A program made the translations under genes and the position numbers. 64,000 nucleotides of DNA from Oculina patagonica (taxonomy: Eukaryota), in contig NC_135758.1 of the NCBI RefSeq assembly GCF_052425735.1, positions 45,508,001 to 45,572,000 of the forward strand. The letters run 5' to 3'. Below are positions 53,001-64,000 of the stretch, piece by piece (position 1 is the stretch's first letter; each line of letters begins with the position of its first letter). Below the pieces are notes generated by a model. The model saw only the letters and a program-made list of their open reading frames with translations. It had not been told where the DNA came from and searched no databases.

Positions 53001-56000
53001 CGACCAATTGTTCAGAAATGAAAATCGACACAGTTCTTGCTAAATAAAAAAAAAGTTTTACGGCGGAGTCAGGCTCAAAAAATATACCGCAAGATCACAC
53101 CCCCATTCATAGTCAGAAACCAGCAAACCATCTAGTTTGCTAAAAAAAACACTGCGTGACATCAATGACGTTACCTTTTTCATTTACAAAAATAACTTTA
53201 ACTTGTCAAAGTAAGTGCAATTTCACAATGGTGAATATCAGTACAGTATGGGGCCCAGTTCTCGGCCACTTTGTGTTTAACGCGTTTTTCACACTCCAGT
53301 TGAATCAAAAGAAAAAGGTATTTCCTTCAAACGATAGACTGATTCATGTGCTTTAAGTATCTTGAGTTTGATCGTTCAATTCGATATAGAAAGCTCACAC
53401 GTCGAGTTTACGCGGAGGTAGGTGAATTTGCATTCCCGAAAAAGTTGTTTGTTTACGGCTCCAAATTCATGGATGTAGTTAAATTCGTATTTTATCCAAA
53501 AGCCCCCACCATACGAGCTAATTTTTGGCATGTGAAACGTAGAATAATTCAGCTTTCTGCTTTAGTTAACTTTTCGTTGAACCGTTGTATTTTTTGGTCT
53601 TAATTTACTTCGAAATTTTTTCTTGCGACGTTTGCGTATTTGCCAGTTCTCGGCCACCCTGCTCGCTATCACAGCTTAGCGCTTGGTTTTTAATATAATT
53701 TCATCTGCTGCTGCCAGAATGAAAGAAATAAATGTTTTAAAAATAAAGTTCAATCTTATCTCTAAGTTTTGAGCTGACTCTTGTCTTGTCTATTATTTCT
53801 ACAACACCTAAATCTTTCAAGACCTTTTCACTGCAAAATAAACCATCTAAATGCACGGGTCACACAATGCGGTTTTGCCAGAGCCTGCACATAGGCAACT
53901 AGGCGCGTTAAAATCCTTCTTTTCTAAAGTAAAACAAAGCATCATAAAAATAATTTGGGATCGATATAGTATAAATAGGTTTACAGAGTGATTTTATGAC
54001 TGTGAAAATTAATTGAGCATTTTTTTACAGATAATTACGCACAAGCTTTTTAGTGGCCGAGAACTGGGCCAAGGTGGCCGAGAACTGGGCCCACAAATGG
54101 AGCTTTTATTTTTATTATTGCTCGGGCAAATTAATTTTTGACCGGTCGAAAGCTTTACACCAAAAAGCTGAATAATGTAGCTAGCTCTGGGAGAAATTTC
54201 AAGTTCCTGCGGTTCTTCTGAGGTAAGAAATACAAGTTTACGTCAAAAGTGGCCGAGAACTGGGCCAAGGTGGCCGAGAACTGGGCCCACAAATGGAGCT
54301 TTTATTTTTATTATTGCTCGGGCAAATTAATTTTTGACCGGTCGATAGCTTTACACCAAAAAGCTGAATAATGTAGCTAGCTCTGGGAGAAATTTCAAGT
54401 TCCTGCGGTTCTTCTGAGGTAAGAAATACAAGTTTACGTCAAAAGTGGCCGAGAACTGGGCCCCATACTGTACTTTGCCCCGTAAGCTTTTTTCTCTGTC
54501 CTTCCGCCGAAGCAAAAAAACACAACCTGATTACACATTAACCCAAAAGTCGACCAAGTGTGCCTGCAACGATTTCCTGTCAAAACTAAAATGAAAACCA
54601 TTGCGGTATGCGTCACCCGTAGCGGTTTTGTAGCAACCCCAAGCTATCCCCGTCTTTTTGGCCGCGCCAGGAGACTACGCTCTAGGACGACTAAAGGGTA
54701 AACTATAAATCGGCCACGCCCGATTAATAATTTCATTGTGTTCCTTGAATAAGAGAAAAGGCTAAAGTATTGCCTTTTTCCTTGTTTTTACCTTTGTTTG
54801 TTTGTTTGTTTTCATTTGTAAGTAAGCATGTACATTCCAGCATCCACTAATGGACACTTCCTGCAGGCAGACACAGTTCCCATAAGTGGACAGTCAGTCA
54901 TTGTCTTAGCCACAAACAGTAGGTTATGGATTTTACAGTACTGAACGAGATGTAATATATTAAACATGACGGGCAATATTTCAGACACATCTTCTCGATT
55001 GAAACCAATGATTAGCGGTATTATTCCCTTTGTTCTTAATTGATGAATTATTAGACAAGTTTGAGATGGTTGTTTGCAAAACAACTGAGCAGAGCAAAGT
55101 TCTTGAGAAAAAGAGGGGCATAACTACAAAAGAGGCAGGAGTACTGAAGAGGCATGATGGCCTAATGGTTAGTGTGCTGGACACTGGATCAAGCAGACTG
55201 GGTTTTTGCCCTGGCCAGGGTCAGCATTTTACTCTTGCCCTGGCCAGGGTCAGTGTTTTACTCTTGAGCAAGACACTTTACTCTCACTGCATTTCTCCAG
55301 CCAGGTGAATAAAAGGGTACTGGCGACTTTCAAGCTGGGGGTTAACCCCAGCATCAAATAAAGAATGTAAAAGGGAGGGCTAATACAGGGGGTAATTAAG
55401 GGGGTGGGGATAAAGAAGAGGTAACAGAGCAGGGTATCATAGAGGGGGTTGTTAAAAAAAAGAGGGGTAACAGAGAAGGGGTAATAAAGAGGGAGTAATA
55501 GAGAGCGGGTAATTGAGAGAGTGTGACAGAGAGGGGTAATAAAGAGGGGGTAATTAAGAGGGTGGTAATAAAAAAGAGGTAATAGAGCAGGGCGTAATGC
55601 AGGGGGTGGTAAAAACAGGGTTATAATAAATAAGGGGGATTATTGAGAGGGGGTAATAGAGAGGGAGTAGTGGGGCTTAGGAGAAAAATTGAGCTTTATT
55701 GAGCTTACACATACATGTATCAGTATATTTAGCATCTTGGGATTGAAGATAAGAAAAAGATCAAGCCCATTGGCCCATTAGGTCAAAGCCTATCCCTGTC
55801 TCTATTCCCCACCGGATTGGATGCTAGTCCATCCAAGGGTTACCCCCAGCATTAAATTTGTCAGTACCCATTTACACCTTTGCAGAGAAAGGCACTGCTA
55901 GAGTAAAATGTATTGTCCAAGAACACAATGCAGTGCTCCGGCCAGTCTGGGCTCGAACTTGGACCACTCAATCCAGAATAGAGTATAACTAACCATTAGG

Positions 56001-59000
56001 CAACCCCATAACCCTGGGGGCACTCAAAAAAGTGTTATACGGGGAGGCTCCGCCTGAGGTCCAACTCCTTACCCCTTTATATACCATTTTGACAGAAAAA
56101 GCACCCCTTTTATATACCTTTTTTAGAAAAAAGGTACCTCTTTCATATACCTACACGACACGACATATACCAGTACTTAAAACAGGACGTTTTCTTGGCA
56201 TTTTTATGTAGCACTTAATAAATTAAGACGATACAGCCATAAGTTACGTCTATTCGAAATATATGATTTAAACGCCTTTTTAAATATCTCAATGACAGAA
56301 TTTCCTACAATTTCATATACCTTAACTTGTGAAATCACTACCTTTTAATATACCAGAAGCCTGAAAAAGGTACCCCTTTAGGGCAGAGCCTCCCCGTATA
56401 GGCCATTATAGGGAATAGCCCACCCCCCTTGGGCCCATTACTAGACATATAAAGTAAACCTATAATCAAATTCTCCCAAACTAAGTGAAACAATAGAGAG
56501 ATATGGGATAATTGACATTGCAGTGTATCTGCGTGTGTACCTGAAACTGAGCAAGCTCATCATCATAAAGATGTGCTGTTCCATAGGTGTGTTTGTCATA
56601 AAGAAACTTGTTGTCACTGGCACCTGCATCCTCAGCATTTTGAATAAGTTCCTGAAAAAACCCATTGAGATATTTTCAGTTTTACTCCCAGCAGTGTCAG
56701 CTAAAAAGAATTGAGCATGGATGTTAAAAAAATCTGAATTAAAAAGCTGACATGATAGCATGCATGCATTAACATATTCACCGATCTCTGACATTTACAC
56801 TAATGACCCATTTTTGGACTGACATGTCCTGATAAAACACAGACACAGCTTGACTGATATACCACCAACACTTATCCATTTTACCACCAATATGTGACTG
56901 GTGGCACATCAGTTGATATTCAATCAATACTCTGTCAAAAATGGACTGACATATTGGTCAACTTGATTATCAACTGATGGTCTATTGAGTAATACACTAG
57001 GAAAGGTTAACTCTATCTTTAAGCCTATTGGGCTATTACTGCCTTACCACGCTAGTGCTATACTCAAGTTTCATTGTAATAGACTTCAAAGTTGCATTGC
57101 ACCGTTCCCCCCCCCAGCATTAAATTTTGGTACCAATTATACTATCCATATCAAATTAAAACTGTGGAATTGGTATGGGATATTATGGCCCAAATCTGGC
57201 CGATAGATGGGAAAAATAATTATGGGATGTCTGAACTATGATACTGAAATGACAAAGTTTCCATACCATTCATATATTTAAATCTTCCATATATATCAAT
57301 ACCACAATTCCATATCATTTCCACGTATGGGAATTTTATGGAATTTTATCAAATACAATTAAGAGCAGCAATTCAATGCAACATATGGGTATATTTAACA
57401 ATTATTCGCCAAAGGCGAGGTGAATCACGGCGAATATTTGTTAAGAGATTCACTGAGCCTGAGGCGAATAATTGTTTTAGTCTAATTTTCAGAGGTAAAT
57501 ATCAAGAACTATAAAATAAAGAACTAAAACACAGAACCAACAAACACAAGTCTTCGCTTGAATACTTGTAAACAAGTTTAATTCATCGATTGTAAATCGG
57601 AAATATTTACAGTTAAGTTTAAGCAATAAAACGAAACAAAACAAAACACTACAAAAAAGACAGATATCTAGTACCTTTGTTTAATCGTTGGCGGCTTCTG
57701 AGCAATTGTGTAAATCCTCTTGAAATAAGTCGAGTAGCTCTGATGTGAAGAGAACTGAGTAATTTTTGGTCAATTGATCTGCCACTGAGTTTCTTGTGGC
57801 CGCCATGTGATCTCCAAAACCACCGTCCTTAGCACAAATTCTAATTCCTTGAGAACCATCTCTTGAAAATATTTTTGGTTCAAAAGCCTTGGTAGCCAAT
57901 TTTAAAAATTCCAACTGTTTTGAATACCCCGGACTTGACGTGATTTCTTTCGAATGAACAAAAGTTTCATTCATCAAATGCCGCCATGTTTACTTGCCTG
58001 GATGGCAAAGTTGGCGTGGCTTAGTAACCAAGCCCTCAACTGCTTTATTCACCTCTAAGCGAGGTGGATATAATGTCATTAAAACCAGAGCTTCTTGACC
58101 AATCAGAATGTCACATTCTTATATTCACCTCTTGAAATTAGACTAATATGGAATATCATATGCTGTATCAAAGCCATATGAAATCCATATATTGGCCATA
58201 GATGAACCCATACCAAATCCATACATGGGCCATATATGTCCCATACCAAGGGCTGTAAGGGCTGGATGAAGAGGCATAGTGAGCTAGAGTAACAATTGTA
58301 TTACCCCAGACACAGCACACAGACTCCAGCCAGGGCTTTAACTCTGACCCCTCAATTAAGGTTTCCAGCAACATAATCATTAGGCCTAGGTAACGTCAAC
58401 CTCAACCAATATATGGGTGGATTCTTGACCGCAATTTCTCCCCCAACTTAAACCCAACAGCTAAAACTTGATCACTGGATGTGCATGCTATATTTAAAAA
58501 TTCAAAATGAAAGGAAAATAACCTCCAAAATTATGGTAGAATTTAATTTAAGGGCCCCATGAAATTGATCCATGCACTTAACAGTATCAGTACACAGGAA
58601 TGCAATAAAAATCCAAGAAACAGAAATTAAATGTGCCATTACATAACTAAGTACAGCAACAACTATAACTGATCTTTAATATCAGTTAAATAATCAGGGA
58701 ATTAATTTGCAAACAAATTGTAAATATTTCCTTACCTTTAGTATCTGTCCATCATCTGGATACTGATCTAAGATCTTTTTTAGATGCTGGATGAGCGACG
58801 GCTCAATCAAATCAAACCCATCATCATCATTTTCTGCTAAAGGACAAAAAGAAATATTTATATAAAAAGCTTTAAATTCCTTTTGAAAAATGTCTAGTGG
58901 AGATATTTGTAAATTGCATTTCCAAACTTTTAAGAGGTGAGAAAAGATTTGAACTGTGTTATGAAAGGTGTACCAATTTTTCTATAAAAAGGGCTGTTTA

Positions 59001-60531
59001 GTACGCACCCACCCCCCTACCACCCAAGACTGTGTCCAGGAAGGCATACACCCTAAGGGTTGCAAAATATGTTAAAGTAGGCATCAGTAACTGAAAGAAC
59101 AGAGAGCTGTGGCAATTACCCTGGGGGGGGGACTCCTATATGAAACGGACGGGGATACTCGTCGGAAATTTTGAAAAGAACCCCTAAAATAGACCAATCT
59201 GGGTGTGGCTCAAGCTTTTCTTGACCCCTAAAAGATACCAAAAAACTAAGAATATAATTTATATTTGTATATTTCTTCGTGTGTAACCTTAAACAAGACC
59301 ATTATGGCTAAAAATATTGGTGTTTTTCCCGGGACACCCTAAGCGAGACCAAAAATCCAAAATTTACACCCCTAAGCGAGATGACGAGCATCCCCCCCTC
59401 CCCCCGGGGCGGCAATTAATGTTCTAAAATAAGGTAATTTATTTTATAAAGTAATTTTATCTAGAGTAACCAGTGACATACTGATACACCTAATTGAAGA
59501 AACTTTGACCATGTGAAATGCATAAACCATGAACGATGCAGCCAAATAAGATTCTGGGTAGACAGCATTGGTAAGCTTAATAAAATTCATTTTATTAATA
59601 ATTAAGATATTTTCTTTCTTTGTGAACCTCAAGAGTATGATTCAAGAAACCTGTCTTATTCTGTCACAGATGACGATAACATTTTTCCGATTATCCAGTA
59701 AACTTTTGGGTCGCATTGTTCATGGATTATGTCTCTCATGGCTCACTGATTCTTCAATCCGGTGTATAATCAAGTAGCGGAACTCTGACCGCCTCCGGCT
59801 TATTTTTGATAACCTTGTAAACCCCAGACACAGATTGACAGTATTAAGCCTAACTACAAATGCATTACACAACCACATAAGCATCTACTTCCAAAAGCAC
59901 TAAAGTTACAGGACTCAAGCAATCAACATTGATGCTGGTGTGAGGAAAAGTGACTAAGAGAGTGATTTCAGCTGGTACCCAGCCCCTTCAATTATAGAAG
60001 CGGATAATTACCCCGGGGGGGGGCACTCCCATACATGAGCTATATAGGTATGTGCCGCTGTGAAGGGTATGGTTTTCAAGCAGTTTAGTCTGGGATAGGG
60101 TATAGAAATCAGAGAGTTTTGGTCTAGAAAAGGGTAGCATTTGCCGGGAAACCGATCGACGGTGACAAATATAGTCCAGAAACTCGGAAGAGAAAGAGGC
60201 TTTCCTAAACGTAAATAAAATCATCGCGGCAGCGTTGTTCACAGATGGTTTTCCATTAAAACACTGATAATGATACAGTTCTAACAAAATGCAAGTCTGT
60301 GATAGGGTAGGGATTTTCAGTGCCTAGTCTAGTATAGGGTTGCAAAAATCAGCTGAACATGGTCTGGTATAGGGTAAGGGCTTCAAATTCCCAGCGGCAC
60401 ACCCCCACCCAAAAATATACCGGGTGCCCCCCCCGGGATAATTACATAAAAATCTATAATAAAATAATATATAATCTGCATAAAAAATATAAAAAATAAA
60501 AGAAGATCTATAATTTATAATACATACCCAT
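32040..60531 (-). CDS. SACS: Sacsin-like protein (~4470 aa); coding exons 60531-60528, 58836-58736, 56651-56541, 49463-49316, 46912-45907, 45386-44812, 43742-32566, 32330-32040
   Basis: All junctions GT-AG and phase-compatible (13413 nt = 4471 codons). Three sacsin repeats with GHKL/Hsp90-like motifs ([11 protein letters not shown]...GRFGLGF; [11 protein letters not shown]...GRFGLGF; [11 protein letters not shown]...GQYGVGF), J-domain RWHPDKN, and C-terminal HEPN (ARRWFRQA...FKCHQ|AAEKALKA...HNL...RYPD). The ATG exon is the least certain part; orthologue versus paralogue status is unresolved. Confidence 0.92.
32566..43742 (-). CDS. Giant 11,177-nt exon of the sacsin-like gene
   Basis: Uninterrupted ORF (track 32404-43707); acceptor tag|GG at 43742, donor CAG|gtaac at 32566. 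Confidence 0.95.
44500..44668 (-). mobile_element. tRNA-derived SINE, degenerate
   Basis: Reverse strand reads ...tggcccaatggttagcgtg...ggttcgaga...ttgagcaatacactt; same family as the 55.1- and 55.8-kb copies. Confidence 0.65.
47203..48988. mobile_element. Foldback non-autonomous DNA transposon (Kolobok-like; TTAA TSD; ~790-bp inverted arms)
   Basis: TTAA|GGTGGCTC...GAGCCACC|TTAA; left arm 47203-~47993 is the reverse complement of ~48196-48988, so the ORF track shows mirror-image ORFs on both strands. Confidence 0.9.
50729..51662. mobile_element. TIR element with subterminal 15-bp minisatellite and an internal ~120-bp duplication
   Basis: gactggactggactagtaaaacgcggact... / ...agtccgcgttttactagtccagtccagtc; (gttttacaagtccgc)n at ~51410-51655; direct repeat ~50852-50970 / ~50994-51120. 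Confidence 0.75.
53244..54470. mobile_element. Tc1/mariner-pogo-like non-autonomous element (TA TSD) with a 196-bp internal tandem duplication
   Basis: ta|cagtatggggcccagttctcggccacttt ... aaagtggccgagaactgggccccatactg|ta; near-identical units 54052-54247 and 54248-54443. Confidence 0.88.
55149..55350 (+). mobile_element. tRNA-derived SINE
   Basis: A box tggcctaatggttag, then cttgagcaagacactttactctcac...gggtactggc. Confidence 0.75.
55370..55675 (+). repeat. Purine/G-rich minisatellite
   Basis: Repeated agaggggtaat-like units. Confidence 0.8.
55770..56002 (-). mobile_element. tRNA-derived SINE, inverted relative to the 55149 copy
   Basis: Reverse strand gcctaatggttag...gttcgagccc...gttcttggacaatacatttt...aaatgggtactg...ggactagcatcc. 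Confidence 0.75.
56013..56433. mobile_element. MITE with CC(T)GGGG-type termini and 8-bp TSD
   Basis: TSD cccataac / cccattac; subterminal inverted tatacggggaggctc / gagcctccccgtata. Confidence 0.75.
57390..58146. repeat. Interspersed repeat with internal aggtgaat/attcacct inverted motifs (possibly Crypton-like), apparently nested in a catat-rich repeat
   Basis: aacaattattcgcc...aggcgaataattgtt hairpin at the left end and attcacctc motifs at the right end. Classification uncertain. Confidence 0.4.
59119..59410. mobile_element. MITE with CCCTGGGG/CCCGGGG termini and perfect 8-bp TSD
   Basis: ggcaatta at 59111-59118 and 59411-59418. Confidence 0.85.
60012..60437. mobile_element. MITE with CCCGGGGGGG termini and perfect 8-bp TSD
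   Basis: ataattac at 60004-60011 and 60438-60445; second family member at 2113-2560. Confidence 0.88.
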
Positions 60532-61007
60532 GTGCAGTTAGGGATCTTATTATCCCAGGAAAGTCATCTGAAATTTAAGAAATCACATACGACAATTAGG
60601 TCAACATATGAATCATTGAGAGAAACACAAAACAAGACCACAACTGGGTCCACCCTTGGCCAGTTAAAAATGCTTAAATCACTTGAAGACCTTGTCAAAC
60701 AAATGCTGAGACTTTGTCAGCCCTTTCCTGTACCCTTTTTTTGTCGGCATGCATTTTGGGGGGTGTCCGGATTACAACCTTATTCCCAGGGTCCTGTCCT
60801 TCTATGCACTGGGATCAGCAACTGGTGCAGTGTAATTTTAAAAATACATTGCATGTGGCACTGACTCCAAGTTCTCATTTCCCTGGGGTATTAAATTTTG
60901 TGAAAGAGAATACTTCTTTGCAACTTGTATTATCGGCCAACGGAGTTTGCTTTCTTGCTTTAAAAACAGAGATTTCAGGCAAGGGGAGAGTGTTGAAAAA
61001 CCACTTA

Positions 61008-61822
61008 CCGTAAAGTTCCGTGTATAAGCCGCACCTTTTTTCTCTAAATTCAAGTCAAAAATCGGGGGTGCGGCTTATCTACGGAAACATCTCTGGTTGG
61101 AGTTCTCAAAGGCCTATTAATATTCATAAAAAACTTCTAAGACGTCATTGAATAAACATATAAATGATATAACAACCTGAAAACTTTGTTGTTGTTCACT
61201 ACCTTTTAGTTTCTCTGCAAAGCTGTTTGCAGTGAAGCTTGCCAGTCACTTGGAATCATGTCTTACCGCCGCGTGCGAGAAGGCACCAAGATAAACGCAA
61301 ATACTCACAAGGCAAATTGCTGACCGCTTCGGTTTTTTATTGACCTTCACAGCAAATACATCTGCTGGATTAACAAACTCTTATTCTGCATGAAGTTTTA
61401 ATCCTGTTGTGGGTAGCAGTTTCCAAGAATCTTGAAATAAAAACGTGGTTTCTTCCGAAGAAAATGCCGCCATGTTTGTTTTTAATGCCCAGACTCCTCT
61501 CTACAATATTCAGAGCTTGGCTACTAAGCATTCATCATTCGCGTACGATTCGAACGAATTACAAGTGTTTCAGGAGTGTTTAGAAGTGATAATCTCGAAA
61601 AAATGCTATCAAGAGAGACTTAATTTATATTAAACATTGCAACAACCACCGTGTCAGTGTCTCGAAACTGTACTTGTTTGCCCTTGATTGTTTACCAATA
61701 GAACTTCACTTGAAGACTTGAACTTCAAACTTTATGGTCTGTATTTTTTTTTTCAAAATTTGAGCTTCCAAATCGGGGGTGCGGCTTATCTACGGGTGCG
61801 GCTTATACACGGAACTTTACGG
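61008..61822. mobile_element. Pogo/Tigger-like non-autonomous element (TA TSD)
   Basis: ta|ccgtaaagttccgtgtataagccgcacc ... ggtgcggcttatacacggaactttacgg|ta; subterminal gggtgcggcttat repeats. Confidence 0.88.
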
Positions 61823-62116
61823 TATTAGATTCAAATTAGAAAAAATTCACATAACCATAACATCCAAAAAAATCTAACGATCACAGTTAGCTTATTCGAA
61901 GATAATCTAAAGTGTATTTTCCAAATATAAGTGAACAGAATTTGAAATCAATGAAGCAGACAGCTCTTCATTCAAGGCGGTGTAAACAAGACAGCATTTG
62001 ACCTTAGTACTACTAGCTTATACCCACGCCAGTACCGAATCTCGTTTATGAACTGTGACTGTTAAATGTAACACAAACTTTGTTAAACAGCAAAAAACAA
62101 CAACAGGATATCTTAA

Positions 62117-62787
62117 GGTGGCTCAACTGGATTTTCAAGGGGTAACACCGCTCAAGTTTGAGAATAAACTACGTCGCCATTAACAGTGCTATCGAAAAAC
62201 GATCACCACAGTTGTATTAGATAAAGATGAAATTTTTTCATGACCAGTGTTTTATTGGCATCGGAGTTGCCATAGCAACGAAATGACGTCATTACGTTTT
62301 TTACGTTCGCTCGTATTCCTCGGCACCAGGAGATTTTTTCGAAAATCGCTCAAAGGAGCTTGTACCACATATGGCTGCCTCGATGTTGGCAAAGTTTGAA
62401 CAAATTCTATAAGAGCGTTTTCGAAATATTTGGGGATGAAGTTTTCAGGGCTATAAATACAGTCAAAAACATACTAACGAGAAAATGGGGTAATATCTAA
62501 AGAAAACGAAGCGCTTGTGAATTGCAATTTCATCTTATAGTAGTTTGATTCCATTTAAAATCGTGGGAAAACAGTGGTGGGGATTGCTTTGGTCGATTGC
62601 GAGAAAAAAGAATTTGATGAGCGTGCGTTCCAGTGCTCTTGTTGAACAATAAAACACTGGTCATGAAAAAATTTCATCTTTATCTAATACAACTGTGGTG
62701 ATCGTTTTTCGATAGCACTGTTAATGGCGACGTAGTTAATTCGCAAACTTGAGCGGTGTTGCCCCTTGAAAATCCAGTTGAGCCACC
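62117..62787. mobile_element. Kolobok-like MITE (TTAA TSD, ~140-bp TIR), relative of the 47.2-kb foldback
   Basis: TTAA|GGTGGCTCaactgg...ccagttGAGCCACC|TTAA; internal catagcaac, atgacgtca, gagcgttttcga and gatgaagttttcagg are shared with the 47203 arm. Confidence 0.88.
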
Positions 62788-63279
62788 TTAAAATAAATGT
62801 GGGACTCCTGTAAGATTAAATTTAAATTCCTGAGATTAAGTAAGTCAAATGGCACTCTTCACATGTTGACAGCTACTTCTATTTACGTTAACTTTTTTTT
62901 GCAAAAATATTAGAGGAGGGGCGCTTGTTAAACCTCATCGCTTCTGCATGCATTGCGTGCCCTTTATTTAACGGGTTCAACACCAGTTACCCCGGGCCAG
63001 TTACCCGCATGCTTCCGCACATTTTAACGATCATAGCCCAACATTTTGTTTTTGTAATACAGGTAATATGAAGAGAAATGAATAGGTTCGCTGTTTAAGT
63101 CATCTCCTATGCCTACAACAGTCCAAACCCATGACAGCGACTTAACAAGACTCGTAATTAATCCAGAAGCTCTGTCAGACCGAACTCACTCGTTCGGCCG
63201 CCAGCAAAATTTGCGAAAAAGCAAACTAACATAACAGACAAGCACAACGCTAACATAATCAAACTGTCGTAAATTTTAC

Positions 63280-63410
63280 CTTTTCTTCTTTCACTCTTCA
63301 GAGTCGCAGAAAGACACAGTAGCTGAACGTTTTTTCCTTGCTAGTCTTGTTCCACGTGCTGACCTTTCGCACAACAACTGGCGTGAATGAAATTCCGGAA
63401 AATCCCAGGC
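63280..63410 (-). promoter_or_regulatory. Putative promoter and non-coding first exon of the sacsin-like gene, with NF-kB-like sites
   Basis: Minus strand GGGATTTTCC (63406-63397) immediately followed by GGAATTTC; CACGTG ~45 nt further; donor AAG|gtaaaa at 63280; CpG-richer than surroundings. No transcript evidence. Confidence 0.45.
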
Positions 63411-63470
63411 CTCCCCAGGGTGCGGCGATGAGCGTAACAAGGGGGGTGGGGATAATCTTTGAATTTTATC

Positions 63471-63535
63471 AGCCTGCAGAACAGGCTGTTTATTTTGCGG
63501 GCCGCGCACAAAATTAAACGCCTGTTCTGCAGGCT
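63471..63535. repeat. Short hairpin/mini-MITE
   Basis: agcctgcagaacaggc ... gcctgttctgcaggct perfect 16-bp inverted repeat. Confidence 0.7.
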
Positions 63536-64000
63536 AGAATTTTATTCCCAAGGCTACTATTTCAAATTCAACGAGTTTGCTTTAAATTTGAAAAAAAAAA
63601 AAAAACAGAAGCCGTCAGATGAGATCACCCAAAACGGTAAAATCATAAAAACCTGAAAAACTGATGGAAGATTGAATCTTCAAAAAGCCTAAAGCCGGGT
63701 GTTGAACTAACACTGTTTCGTAGTAGTAGTAGTACTTTAGTAGTAAACTAAACAGAAAACCTTAGTGACAAGTTACAAAACTAGCTAAGACTTAAAACAA
63801 GTTAGGACGCAAAGGTCAGCCATTAGGACAAGAGGGAACGCGAAGAGTAGGATAAAAAGGCAGATGTGAAAGATATTACGTACGTGATCATTTGGCCAGG
63901 ACCTCTTATGCGCGTTTTCGACTGGATAAAATTTTAACTTCAAATTAGAGAACAGTGTGAATCATAATAACGAAAACGAGATACAAATAACTGCCGACAA

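Noticed and set aside
57681-57977. 98-aa ORF as an independent gene
   Set aside because: Lies within an interspersed repeat in an intron; no recognisable motif.
59650-59760. Alternative sacsin start exon
   Set aside because: The candidate donor is phase 0 relative to its ATG and incompatible with the phase-1 acceptor at 58836; ATG G|gtatgt at 60531 fits.

Overview
AT-rich, intron-rich animal genomic DNA, most likely a cnidarian (stony coral-like; inferred from repeat types and gene content). Hand-spliced gene models: (1) the last five coding exons of NCS-1/frequenin (+, 146-6033); (2) a complete five-exon BORCS7-like gene (-, 8533-12676) that the ORF track misses, with a 21-nt microexon; (3) two tandem paralogues of a secreted PAN/apple + fibrinogen-like + EGF protein (+, 14844-~16453 and 26729-28941), only the second carrying the C-terminal CNTNAP/neurexin-IV-type fibrinogen-like domain; (4) between them a 5.5-kb Ngaro-type (split direct repeat A1-ORFs-B1-A2-B2) tyrosine-recombinase retrotransposon with near-identical repeats but a frameshifted pol and an internally deleted recombinase; (5) an apparently intact 8-coding-exon sacsin-like gene (-, 32040-60531, ~4470 aa: 3 GHKL-type sacsin repeats, J domain, HEPN, no N-terminal UBL) with an 11.2-kb exon and NF-kB-like sites near a putative first exon. 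Introns are packed with MITEs (TTAA-, TA-, ATT- and 8-bp-TSD types), a 1.8-kb foldback palindrome, tRNA-derived SINEs and minisatellites. There is one 137-nt N gap. No CRISPR arrays, rRNA or convincing tRNA genes.
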